Below are positions 14,299 to 27,765 of a stretch of DNA of 64,000 bases, one piece after another. Location: positions 264,616,001-264,680,000 of the forward strand of contig OZ024740.1 of NCBI GenBank assembly GCA_964016885.1, in the 5' to 3' direction. The position numbers were made by a program, and so were the translations under genes. The stretch's first letter is position 1. Every line of letters starts with the position of its first letter. This DNA is from Eledone cirrhosa (taxonomy: Eukaryota). Below the pieces are notes generated by a model. That model had not been told where the DNA came from and searched no databases. It saw nothing but the letters and a program-made list of their open reading frames with translations.

Positions 14299-14682
14299 AT
14301 AACTGTTTCTACATTTGGCACAAGGTCAGCAATTATCCCAGTGCATTTCTGGTGCTTTATTTTATCGATCCCGTAAGGATGAAAAGCAAATTTAACCTCG
14401 GCGGGATTTGAACTCAGACCGTAAAGGGCAGTAACTCTAAGCTGCAAAGTATTGCCGTCCGACCCTCTACCGATTCTGCCAATCCACCTATTCCAAACTA
14501 ATTGTTTCTACTTTTGGCATAAGGCCAGCAGTAACCCCAATTACAGGTGCCCTACTTTATTGACCCCGTAAGGGTGAAACTCAAAGTTAACCTCGGCGGG
14601 ATTTGATCTCAGAACGTAAAGAGCCATTACTCTATGCGGCAAAGCATAGTGTCTGACGTTCTACCGATACTGCCAATCCACC
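14299..14682 (-). mobile_element. Two tandem SINE family A copies
   Basis: 14299-14488 and 14499-14682 match the family consensus. Confidence 0.88.
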
Positions 14683-15612
14683 ACACCTCTACCAAAATAA
14701 CGTGTTCTATTTAGTTTCGTTCTTTTACGTTCTGATTATTGAGATCTACTTTGCCTTTTATCCCCTCGACCATGATGACATAAATACCGATGACTTAATA
14801 ACGTACTATTAACTAGAATTTATATGTCCTCTATAATTGTACTCGGGCGCCTATGTTTGTTATAATTTCTTATATTTGACGTTGAATTTATTTTCGATTT
14901 ACACACATAAAACCTGGAAATATTTCTATATTTCAGTTAGCGTTATATAAAGCAATACTACCTCACTCTATCGTGAGAGCCCCGAAATGTGCAATATTCG
15001 GTCTAAGTTAAGCAACATTGATGAAATATATGGAAAATCAGACAAAATGCATTCTGGTAATTAGTCACATCCTTTTATATGTGGAGTTCGAAGCCCACCA
15101 AGTTCGATTTTGACATTTTATAGGTGTCTCTAAATTAAGCAGAACCGAATACTGGAAGTTATTTCTTTTATCTAATGTTCACAGTATCATTAGTATAGGA
15201 GCATGTAAAGGTGTGTGGATTGAGAAAATCTATAGCAATTCATACAAAATGCCGTCCAGTAATAGATCTCATGTTTAGTCTCATATGGTTTTTGAATCAA
15301 ACGAAGGTCGAATTTCAGGTTTTATATGTCTCTCTAAAATTATGGCCTATATTGTTTCATATATCTCCTAAATGTTAAATATTTTGCCTAATGTACACTC
15401 TGTCATTAGTATATGAACAAGTATTGTATATATTTGCATGTGTTTATTTATATTATCAAATGTTGTAGAATTACATGGATCAGCTTTAAATAATCAAATT
15501 AGATTACAAGATTATTTTTAATACTGGTTATCATGTTTCGTATTAATATTTTCATTTACATGTGAGAAATATAGAAGAAAAATATATTTACATACACATA
15601 GACAGAGAACCA

Positions 15613-15880
15613 GTGGAGGCACGTGGCCTAGTGGTAAGGGTGTTGGACTTACGATCATACTATCGTGGATTCGATTCCTGGGTTGTGTGATGTGTTCTTG
15701 AGCAAAACACTTCATTTCACGCTGCTCCAGTATACTCAGCTGAAAATGGGTACCAGCAATAGCTGGGGGTTTAACCCTGCGATGGACTGGCGTACTGTCC
15801 AGGGTGGAGTCTTGTACTCTCAGTCGCTTCAAGACATGAAACCGAGATAAGCACCGGACAAATGAGCCTTCTGGCTTAAG
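15613..15880 (+). mobile_element. tRNA-derived SINE family B (V-domain-like segment)
   Basis: A box tggcctagtgg, B box gattcgattcc, tgttcttgagcaaaacact, cctgcgatggactggcg..tgtccaggg. Relatives at about 16860-17030(-), 28131-28470(+), 49410-49630(-) and 50460-50720(+). Confidence 0.8.
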
Positions 15881-17489
15881 ATAGATTTTCAACATGCATC
15901 TATATAGCAGAATACATATTTTATAACTTCTCATTTTACAGGTGATAATTCTGTTTAAATTTAGATGGTCTTGTCGTTTCCTTTCAGAGAGAGGGAGAGG
16001 GAGAGAGAGAGACTCTAGTACAGAAATTATACCTTATTTATCGACACAGAAATGACGAAAGACAAAACTAAACTCAGCGGGATTTGTACTCAGAGCTCAG
16101 ACAGCCGGAACAAATAGCAATGTTCAAAAGACTGCATACCGTTTTATTTTCGGATAGGGAAGACTAAGTGCTAAATACAAAGTACATTTGCCTAAATCAT
16201 ATCTGTGAAAACATTTCTTGAATTTTATTGAAATATTGCAACTGATGTCATAAGCAATTTTTCCGATCAATGGGGAAAAGGGAAGTCTGCGCGTCCATTC
16301 ACAGCGTTTAGGAGACTGATTGTGAAACAGTATAGATTGTAGACCGGTGGCATGGCCAGAATGCTAGCAGCAGAGTTTTTTCTTCTTTATTTTTAATTTT
16401 GCTCTTGCTCAATGAGATTAGGGCCATCCTAGGTCAGCTATTCCAGAGGCATCATCGTGTGTAGTGCCGACCAAATCCATCAATGCCCTCCATCGCTGGT
16501 GGTGAATTCACAAATTTACCCAAATGCAAGGAAACAATATTTATCCCGATGGCTGATTCAGTGTATTCCTCCTGAAGGGAAATAACCTTAAGACTTGTTT
16601 TCACGAAATGTCATTCGAATAAATTTATTCAATTCTTGTGATCCTCATTGCCTAACGACGGATATTTGAGAAATTTTCCCTGGAAATTATAGTTGGATTT
16701 AATGTTTATTCGTCTGGAAGCGAGTTATCTGGTCGTGCCTTTCCATTTGAAATTTGAGTCAATTGAGTTTGATTTACATTAGGTTTAAAAACTGATACTG
16801 ACAAAATGTCGTTAACGGTGAACAGATATAATGTTTTCTATTGTCTAAAGTCTGTCTCAAGTCCGGATTCTCATGCAGGTGCTTATCCCGGTTTTCGTGG
16901 CGTTAGCCAACAGAAAATACAAGATTCCCCTGAAGAGGATGCTAGTTTATTGCAGGATTATACCCGCAGTTAGTGTTGACACTATCCTTTCGGTGAGTAT
17001 ACTGGAGCATTCTGAAATGAAGTGTTTCTAGAATTTAATTATCAATAATATATAAGATATTATACAAAGTTCTCTGCATATTTCTTCCTGAGCCAGGTAC
17101 TACAGAAAACTTAATACATTAACTGTGTAATTTGTTGGCAATGTTGAAAAATAGTAAGAATGTAAATACTATTTATTGAAACATGAACATTTTTAGGGAA
17201 CCTAGAACCGACAAATATTGAAATTTTCATCATGCACACATGGCATGGTCTCCATCTTTTGTACCACAGTTAGTCATTAAGCAGTAAAAGGGCTGCAGCC
17301 AGGCATTTATTGTCTAGAAAAGATCTGCAAGATGAAGTTCTTATAAGTATGATAAGGCTGAAATGTCCACTAATATCTGTTTGATTCGACAGACACATCA
17401 TCAAGGACATTGCATCTTTAGAAGACTATCTTTTAATGATATGGAATTTATCTAAAACAATATTTTCCAATGTACCCATTTTCAAAAGG

Positions 17490-18340
17490 AGTACTTGGTC
17501 TCTCTTGTTCATTGTTTTCATGAACAGGATTGACAGGCGCAGTCTGGTTGGGAGTGGTATTACGAATGGCAGGTGTAAAATCAGTCGGCTGGACTTTGCA
17601 GACGACATGGTGTTACTTAATTCGACACAAGGTGAACTCCGACTTGCACTTGATAGGTTTGATTCCGAGCTGTGCATGGCTGGAAGGAAGCCGGCATAGA
17701 GCACTCTACATGTGAATAGACTTCTACTGAAGGAGATGGAGCAGTTCATGTACCTCAGGACCTTGTTCACGAGTGATGGAAGGCAGTAGGTTGAATTAAG
17801 TACAACACTTACAGGAGGTAGTGCAGTAATGCGCCAGTTTCAGTATTCAGTAATCAGAAGAAGGGAGCTAGGTGTAAAAGCCAAACTCACTATCTTCAAT
17901 TCGGTATTCGTGGCAATCCTTAATTATGGTCATGGATCTTGGGTAATGACCGAAAGAATATGATCGGGAATAAAAACGGCCGAAATGGGGTTACTCCAAA
18001 GGATCTTCGGAGTAATGTTACTCGATATAATGCGTAGCTCGGAGATCAGAGGGTCACTCCAGGTAGAGTCACTACTTCCCCGAATTGAGTGATCATAGCT
18101 CCGATACTATGGGCATGTGGTGAGAATGTCCCAGGAAAGGGTCGCGGGACAGAACAGATGCTACGGGCAAAACCAACTAGTAGGAAACCAACGGGTAGAC
18201 ACCGAGCAAGATGGTAGAATAACATCTATGGGCTTGGGGATCGAGTCAGATTAGTTGCTTCTGACAAGACCCTCTGGAAGGAGTGTTTGCTGACTCTGCC
18301 CCATGACCATCTCAGGATTAAGTGGGCGAAGAAGAAGAGA
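17490..18340 (+). mobile_element. RTE-clade LINE, decayed 3' fragment
   Basis: LLFIVFMNRI..RLDFADDMVLL (RT FADD motif), downstream AEMGLL and LRYYGHVVRM, (GAA)n tail. Confidence 0.88.
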
Positions 18341-20089
18341 AAATAAATATTTGGTTTATGCCAAGGAAATGTTGGTACTAAATACCAACGGATACATCTT
18401 GATGTGGTTGCTCAATCAGCTAAAGATTATAGTCCATTATCACCCAAATAATATCCATTAGAATACACACTGGATGATGTAACTATAGATACGTTATGTT
18501 TAGAAATATACAAGGATGGTCAATTATTGGAATGACGTTGATGATAAGTGTACACAATCAAAACAGAACGACATAACAGCAAGAATGGAGAATCTGATGC
18601 ATTTGAATTGTGTAAATCTTGATTTACCTGTAAAGATTAAGGCTGGTGTTCTATCTCACCACTCAAGGAAAGCATAATGTTTACAAGGTCCCATCCGTCG
18701 CATCACAAATAAGGACCACATACTGCAATAGCCCGGTTTTGCCCCAGATTAGCATCAGCCTGTCGACTAGAACACGTGATAGAGTAATAGAGTAAACATT
18801 TGAAGTATTCGTACAATCTTAAAAGTATTGAAGTGATAGTTTTTCGATGAGAAACGTATAATCCTACTAGCTCTATCAGTTGTGTTTACTATCAAATGGA
18901 TATCTCTGAGCCTGTATACAATGTTTAAAATATTAATCTGTTAGACAGTCATTAATATGTAGGAAATGTTTGGTATAGCACATTAATCAAAGAAAGGGCA
19001 TATATCTGTCTCATTCCTTGACATATCTAAGAGCAGTCGCTCACAATCATATTGCTACTGACTAGAGTGTTCTCAGTGGAAAATCTAGAAATATCAGATT
19101 TGATTTCTTATCTACATCAAATAAGTAATGAACGGTAAGATAAACTTTTACTATTCTAATTTACCAGGTTTAAAGGATACTGGCATTATTGTTTCTCCTT
19201 GTGTAAACGTTTATCTTGCAGGTTTTTAAGTGTAAGAACGATTACAAATAATATCTTTATTCTTTTTATGCCTACAATGTGTAAAGATGAAGGCTTTTGT
19301 TCTTTAAAATTTCAATAGTCTGAAGCAATGTAGTGCAAAACTCTTGTCACCTCTTTAAGACTTTGAACGTATAAACTATTTGGTGTTTCAAGGAACTTTT
19401 ACAACTGGTTATTTGATTTTGTATTTCCATTCAGATCTTCTTATCAGTTTGTCTGTTTTGTTTTAAGTAAAACTCACATATAACATATATTTGAATAAGG
19501 GAATTCAGCGAAGAACAAAAGCCTCGCCTTTGTTAAACACTATACCCCTGTGTTATATTATGAATTTCTTGAAAGTATATTTGCGATTAAAAGAGTTAGG
19601 GTAAAAATCTAAAGCAACTTCGACATCTTTCTTACCGTAGGATCAAACAGAAAAGAAAAAATAATAGCTGAACAACAAAACGAAAAGATAAGAATTTGAT
19701 GTATTTATAGCTTAAAGAAAAAACCCAATAAAGGCTGTTATGCTTTTAACTCACCTTTTAACTTTCAGTCAAACTCTAAGGTACGATGTTTCTTACAATA
19801 GGGGCATATCTGACAATAATAGGTAACACTAGAATATAATCGAATTTACATAGTTAATTATATTATAAATATTATATTTTTTCCTTTATCCAGTAGGAAA
19901 CATGAGACTTTTTTCTTTTTTTTTATTGTTATATATTTCCGTTTTATATTTATATTTTAGTTTGTAATGGTCTATTTGTTATTGATTTTTGTTTATTATT
20001 ATTTCGTTTTGAAATAGAACTGTTTGTTATCTTTGATCTTTACTTCAAGGGGATATCCCCACCTTCAGGAAGTGTGGCATACACATACA

Positions 20090-20154
<65 letters not shown>

Positions 20155-20944
20155 ATGTGGCGTACACATACATAATTATATATATATATATGTGTGTGTA
20201 TGAGTGTGGAGAGAAATATATAGATAAGTGAGTGTCTGTCTGTGTGCTTTATTGTTTGAAAAAGAGAGAAAGATAGATGGGTATGGGAGAGAAATAAAGG
20301 AGGGAATTATGTACTTTCTTTTGCATGTAAAGAAAGATGTAATCCGCTTTGGAATTGCTTTCTTCTAAAAGATGCCGACATTTTTCCTTTTCAAACACAA
20401 CGAAAAATAATATCACATTTCCACAACAAAGAGATAAACCTACAGTTGATGTGAATGTCAGAGAAAAGCGATATTAGCATTCCATTGATTATTTCTTCAA
20501 GGAATTTCAGAATAAATTCTATTATAAAATATCGACCACAAGAATATAATCTCAAGCTTTCAGGAACATTTGAAAAATGACGTGAACTCATTCTCAGTTA
20601 TCTTCTTCCACTCCCATTGCCTCAATCTTTCTTCGTCTATCTGTTGATCTATATTTATCTTTATCCTCACTATCCACCATTTTCTCTATATCTCTTTCCC
20701 CATCCATTTTTTCCCGTTGGATAAATGTTGTTAGATTTCTTAATGACCCTCGGTATATTCTCTCACATATTACCTGGACATTTCCTCCCACGTTTACTCA
20801 TTAACTATCAATCATTCGATCAGACCATTAAAATCTTTATCGCTATCTATCAAGCATCGATACAATCTTTCACACCCCAGCTAATTCATAGCCACTATAC
20901 TTCTCTGTATATATATCTCATTCTCTCTTTCTCACTGACTTTCT

Positions 20945-22047
<1,103 letters not shown>

Positions 22048-22376
22048 GCTTCGATCATCTATATTATCTATATATCTTTATATATAGATATATAGATAAT
22101 ATAGACATATATTGGGGAATGTCTGTGCATGTATATATGTATGTATATATGTGTGTAATCATGTTTGCTTGTATATAAGCTTGTGGTGCTGTATATATTT
22201 GTATTTTCATATTTGAGTGTCAGCGTGCGTGGGTCTTCCTTAATTAGATGATTATTCATTACAAAGAAAGACGCCTACTTCCTACACTGATGTAGTTCAT
22301 GTCTAACATAAAACCTTTTATTCCATTAAGAAACTTCACACAATGTTTTAAAAGTGCACATTATGTATATTATAAT

Positions 22377-22807
22377 GATTTCTACTATAGGCAGAAAGCT
22401 AGTAATTTGTGGGGAGGGGAAAGTCCATTAAGTCGACCCCCAGTGCGTGATTGGTTCTTTATATTATCAACCCGGAATGGATGAAAGGCAAAGCTAACCC
22501 AGCGTTATTTAAACACAGAACATAAAATCCCGTAACTCTATGTTGCAAAGCATGTCCGTCATTCTACCGGTACTGCCAATCCACCACCAGCTGGTATACA
22601 TTAAGTATATTATGATATATGTGAATTGGCAGTATCGGTAGAGGGTCGGACACCATGCTTTGGCGCATAGAGTTACGGCTCTTGCCATTCTGAGTCCAAA
22701 TCCCGCCGAGGTTAACTTTGCCTTTCATCCTTACGGGTTCGATAAAATAAAGTACCAGTAATGTACTGGGTATTTGCTGGCCTTGTGCCAATAGTAGAAA
22801 CAATTAT
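22377..22807. mobile_element. Head-to-head pair of SINE family A copies
   Basis: Copies at 22377-22586(-) and 22620-22807(+). Confidence 0.85.
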
Positions 22808-23005
22808 GATACATACTAGCTGGCTCCATGCTGTCAAAGGGTACAGCTACTTGTCTTTTGTATAGGTTACAAAACCAAGTTTTTTGTTTAATGATTATTT
22901 TATTCTTCTATTTTGTGTGTATGGGAAAATACAAGCTGCAATTAACATATGCACACCAAGGTAATATCTTGGTGTGCATATGTATATATTTGAGTATATA
23001 AATAT

Positions 23006-23224
23006 AGTTTCTTATATAGGCACAAGGCCAGCAATTTGGGGGGAGGAAAAAATCGATTAAATCGACCCCAGTCCGTGACTGTTACGTTGTTTTATGGGGC
23101 CCGTAAGGATGAAAGGCAAAGTTAACCTACCTAGGTAGGATTTGAATTCAGATCATAAAGGGCCGTAACTTTGTGCTGCAAAGCATGGCGTCCGACCCTC
23201 TACCGATACTGCCAACCCATCGTC
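23006..23224 (-). mobile_element. SINE family A with target-site duplication
   Basis: TSD tgagtatataaatata at 22991-23006 and 23227-23242. Confidence 0.88.
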
Positions 23225-23413
23225 CTTGAGTATATAAATATAAACACACCATCACACATAAACTCACACAAGTACAAATATATTCATACATTCACATATA
23301 TCCACATACAGTCACATGATAGTAACAGCTAAAGTGTGTAGCAAATTTGCTACATTTATACTACTCAAGTGTAGCGAATCTTCTATAGTTTGTCACTGCC
23401 CCCTTTCTTCCTC

Positions 23414-23452
<39 letters not shown>

Positions 23453-23520
23453 ACAGCATGTATATAGCAACAATGACCTCACTGATTTAATGGATACCAT
23501 TGTTATGAGATATTATGTTG

Positions 23521-23700
23521 AATAATAATTGTTTCTACTTTAGGCACAAGGCCAGCAATTACCCAGTGCATTACTGGTACTTTATTTTATCGACCCCATA
23601 GAATGAAAGGCAAAGTCAACCTCGGCGGGATTTGAACTCAGATCGTAAAGGGACGTAACTATGCTGGAAAGCATGGCGTCCGACAATCTACCGATACTGC
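23521..23700 (-). mobile_element. SINE family A
   Basis: Matches the family consensus. Confidence 0.88.
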
Positions 23701-25440
23701 AATAATGTATATTATTAGAAACAGCTCCACCCAGACAAGCACAGACTCAAACACATCACACCACAGCGCACCACATCACACAAGCTCACACAGTGAGAGC
23801 TAACTTAATCAGGCCGATGGGTCAACTTCTATTACTGTTTTCAGGGCCTACGCAATAGGTCAGTGTAGATTCCACTAAATGTTCTAAAGGCCCGGTCGTA
23901 TTGTGAAACCATGCTTCATACTAACACGCAAAATGTTAGTACAATTCTTCTTCTTCTTCTTCTTCTTCTTCTTAGTTCCCTCATGGATGAGTGGCAGGTG
24001 TGTCGCATTGACATACGGCGTTCCTAGGGCATTCTTGAAACCCTGGCGGAGCCCATCTCCTCTCCATATCAGCGAAGGATAGAGAGAGTGAGAGATGGAA
24101 GTGAGAAAAAAATGATAAGGGAAGAATCGACTCCGTGCTCAACTGGCACATTTGGTTATCAAGCTAGAATGGGTGAAAAGGAAAGTTGACCTCGACGGGA
24201 TTTGAACGCAGAGAGTAGAGAGCCAAAACGAATACTGCATAGCATTTTATCCGACGTTCAAAAGACTACCAATTCGCCACCTCTCGATACAATTACAGAA
24301 GCGCAAATCTTTTCGTAACCTACTTTTGTGGCTGACTTAATCCGTATACTAGTTTAATGAAACAGCTTGGTTCGTGTGTACCATTATTTATCTAGGGTTA
24401 TTTAATATCTGTAAACAGCAATGGAAATAATTAGCATAAAATCATATAATCTAAAATGTTGAAGAATAAGTCAATGGAGTTAAGAATGAAACTCGTCAAC
24501 TGTTGGAACGAACATGCTTCGACCTTTCAGCATTCACCAGCAGATCATATTTAAATCACTGAGTGATGAAAAATATGAAGTTTAGATAAAGTGAGTAACA
24601 GGAGGCGACGATGACAAAAATGATGGAATAAAATGATATGTAGCGATACAGAACCTGAGGCACAATTTGTTCCGAAATTATTTCAAAAATGCATTTAATC
24701 AATTGATTAACCAAGTATTTGACGGATTAATTACCTGATTAATTACGGTTTCTGATTTCAGCAGATGGCCAACAATGTTTGGAGGAGAAGCACGTCGATT
24801 AAACCGATCCCAGTTTGTTATCAGTGCTGTATTCTATCGATCTCGTAAGTATGAAAGGCAGAGCTGATCCCCTATCTGATTAATAATGACAATAGCAGTG
24901 AAACTTGGCCGATGTTGGTCGTTTGATTGGCAATGCAGACCACAGCAGAGATAACCCTGAAACCACGTAGATGAGAAGTGACCTCGATGAACATATATCT
25001 ATGCATATAACCTTATATGTAATATTGTGTGTTAAAAAACCTTGATTAATCGACATTTTCCGTACAATTAGCGGTATACGAAATAAATTAAACAAAACAT
25101 AAGTCATGAGAAACTACTATAAAATATCAGCTAAACAAATTTATGAGAAAATAAAAATAAGTGGATGATCAATGGACCTTGTTTAAGTCAACTTGAGAAA
25201 GCGCCTGACGTATCCTCGAACTTGTAAAATCTCATTTCCTGCCCCCTTCTTTACCGTTAAAATTAAAGAGACGCGACCACATAGTCACTCAAGATAAAGA
25301 AAATATAGGCCTGAACCACGCGACCTGGCAGCAACAGCGCTTCGATGTAGTAATGGCGACAAAAGTTCCGAATGATCGCTGTTATACAATAATTAGTACA
25401 TACGGATGTATATATACATACGGATATATATATATATACA

Positions 25441-25501
<61 letters not shown>

Positions 25502-25660
25502 TTGGTGCTCTGAAATAGCGATATATATATTAATGTATATATAGTGTATTTTGCAATACTCTGTATGCTTAATTAAAAGCATTTCGAAGACCTTACGCTA
25601 TTGTTTTAGAGTAGTGACAGTCTCACTTACTTTAAATTTTCAGCAAACAAGGGGAGATAA

Positions 25661-25705
25661 AGCTGACAGAGCTCTGTTTCGTACTGATTGGTACTTATCA
25701 AAGCC
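25661..25705 (-). ncRNA. Type I hammerhead ribozyme, U3-A8 core variant
   Basis: Reverse complement of the motif at 26113-26157. Confidence 0.82.
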
Positions 25706-26112
25706 AAGTACTCCACCTGTCCGCTGAAAATCATTACTGTTTGATTCTTATAGAATTCTAGTAATAATCAGGAACTGATTATACAGAGCGGTTGCCGGTC
25801 AATCAGAAATTGAAAATTAGAATTGGTGCTCTGAAATAGCGATATATATATATATATGAATGCAATACACTGTATGCTTAATTAAAAGCATTTCGAAGAC
25901 CTTACGCTTTTGTTTTAGAGTAGTGACAGTCTCACTTACTTTAAATTTTAAACTATATATACTTTCGTATATATATCGCTATTTCAGAGCACCAATTCTA
26001 ATTTTTAATTTCTGCTTGTCCGGCAACCGCTCTGTATAATCAGTTCCTGATTATTACTAGAATTCTATAAGAATCAAACATTCATAATTTTCAGCAAACA
26101 GGTTGAGTACTT

Positions 26113-26157
26113 GGCTTTGATAAGTACCAATCAGTACGAAACAGAGCTCTGTCAGCT
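26113..26157 (+). ncRNA. Type I hammerhead ribozyme, U3-A8 core variant
   Basis: ggct TTGATAA GTAC caatca GTAC GAAA cagagctctg TC agct; GUC triplet, predicted cut after 26153. Confidence 0.85.
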
Positions 26158-26283
26158 TTATCTCCCCTTGTTTGCTGAAAATGTAAAGTAAGTGAGACTG
26201 TCACTACTCTAAAATAATAGCGTAATTTCTTCAAAATGCTTTTAATTAGCATACAGTGTATTGCAAAATACACTATATATACA

Positions 26284-26373
<90 letters not shown>

Positions 26374-27585
26374 TATGAATGTATATAAGTATTTATGTAT
26401 GTATATATATATATATATATCCGTATGTAGTTGACGGCCGAGAGGAAAAAGTTCTTAATACCGAAGTAGTGTTTATATATTCATTTTCTTAAGACTAAAT
26501 AGAGATTCTTGTTACTCTGAAGTTTTCGCTTCTTCTCACAGATTCATCAAAAAGTTCTTGTCTGAATAACCTGCTTAGAAATGCCGATAAAATACCCTAA
26601 AATATATCCTTTTTCCATCCCTAAGTGTACCTTATCTGATTTCTAAGATTTTATTTATCGCAATCGACTGTTACATTTATTTTCTGTGATTCGGATTTCT
26701 TAATTTTCTACTATTTTAAGTATCCTTCTAAGCGTATTGTCACTTGCATTATTGCAGTTACAACAGCTCGTTTTTATAGACCATTACCTCTCCATTTACT
26801 CGCTCTTGTCTGTTAGAGAGTGTAACACAAGTTATTTTACATTAATTCAACCAATTTTTCATAACGACATAAGGTAGAAAATCAATGCTAATATTCTTAA
26901 CTTTTAATCTAATAAAGAAGCAAAACATGTACACATATTTCAAATATTTCACACAATTACAGACGAACAGATATATATAAATGTGAAGCGAATGTTGTAC
27001 CCTATGATCCCAAATACTGACTGCTACCTTATCATAGATTTATAATCTTTCTTCTGCTGCATTTTAACCATTTACCCCTAAAACATTTCTTCACCTATAA
27101 AAGATTATTGCTTATCTTTCTAACCTTATCAATCTCTTGTGCAACATTTGTAGCAATCCTTATTTCTTCTAGCCATTACTCAATCAATCAAATTAAGATA
27201 TTTATTCGCAAAATAAAGTTTGATTCTTTTAGTGCATGAAATGCTTTACGAAGTAAAACTGCATTAAATAAACAATTCTCTACTATTTCATGTTCCACAC
27301 TGTATTCTATTTGTATTTCATCAATGTAGTCCCAATTTGCCCCTGAGTTACGAAGCTTTTAGCTTGAAAAGCGGTGGTTAAATACAGAGAAAAATGTAGC
27401 CTGAAAAGCATAAGACCATTGTTATTTGCATATATTGATTATAGAGGCTGCGACTGATGTTAGTTACTCTATTATATTATTTCAGTATTTAGCTTGATTT
27501 TATAATGAGACATCGACCTCAGCAGCTAAAATTCTATCCTTATGTTTCTGCCGTGATTCATGAAATTATGACGCATTATATACTT

Positions 27586-27765
27586 TTGGCAGTATCGGTA
27601 GAGGGTCGGACGCTATGCTTTCTAGCATAGTTACGTCCCTTTACTGTCTGATTTCAAATCAAGTCGAGGTTAACTTTGACTTTCATCCTTACGGGGTCGA
27701 TAAAATAAAGTACCAGTAATACACTGGTATAATTGCTGGCCTTGTGCCAAAAGTAGAAACAATTA
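27586..27765 (+). mobile_element. SINE family A
   Basis: Matches the family consensus. Confidence 0.88.

Larger units (their letters stand above)
25495..26290. mobile_element. Retrozyme-like non-coding element: 1.4 tandem 321-bp monomers plus one inverted monomer, between TA runs
   Basis: attagaattggtgctc recurs at 25495 and 25816; 25968-26290 is a reverse-complement monomer. Each full monomer carries an HHR. Confidence 0.85.

Noticed and set aside
15613-15680. tRNA gene
   Set aside because: It is the tRNA-derived head of a SINE, with no intact cloverleaf.
26500-26560. Minus-strand TTGATGA..GAAA motif
   Set aside because: Stems do not pair convincingly.
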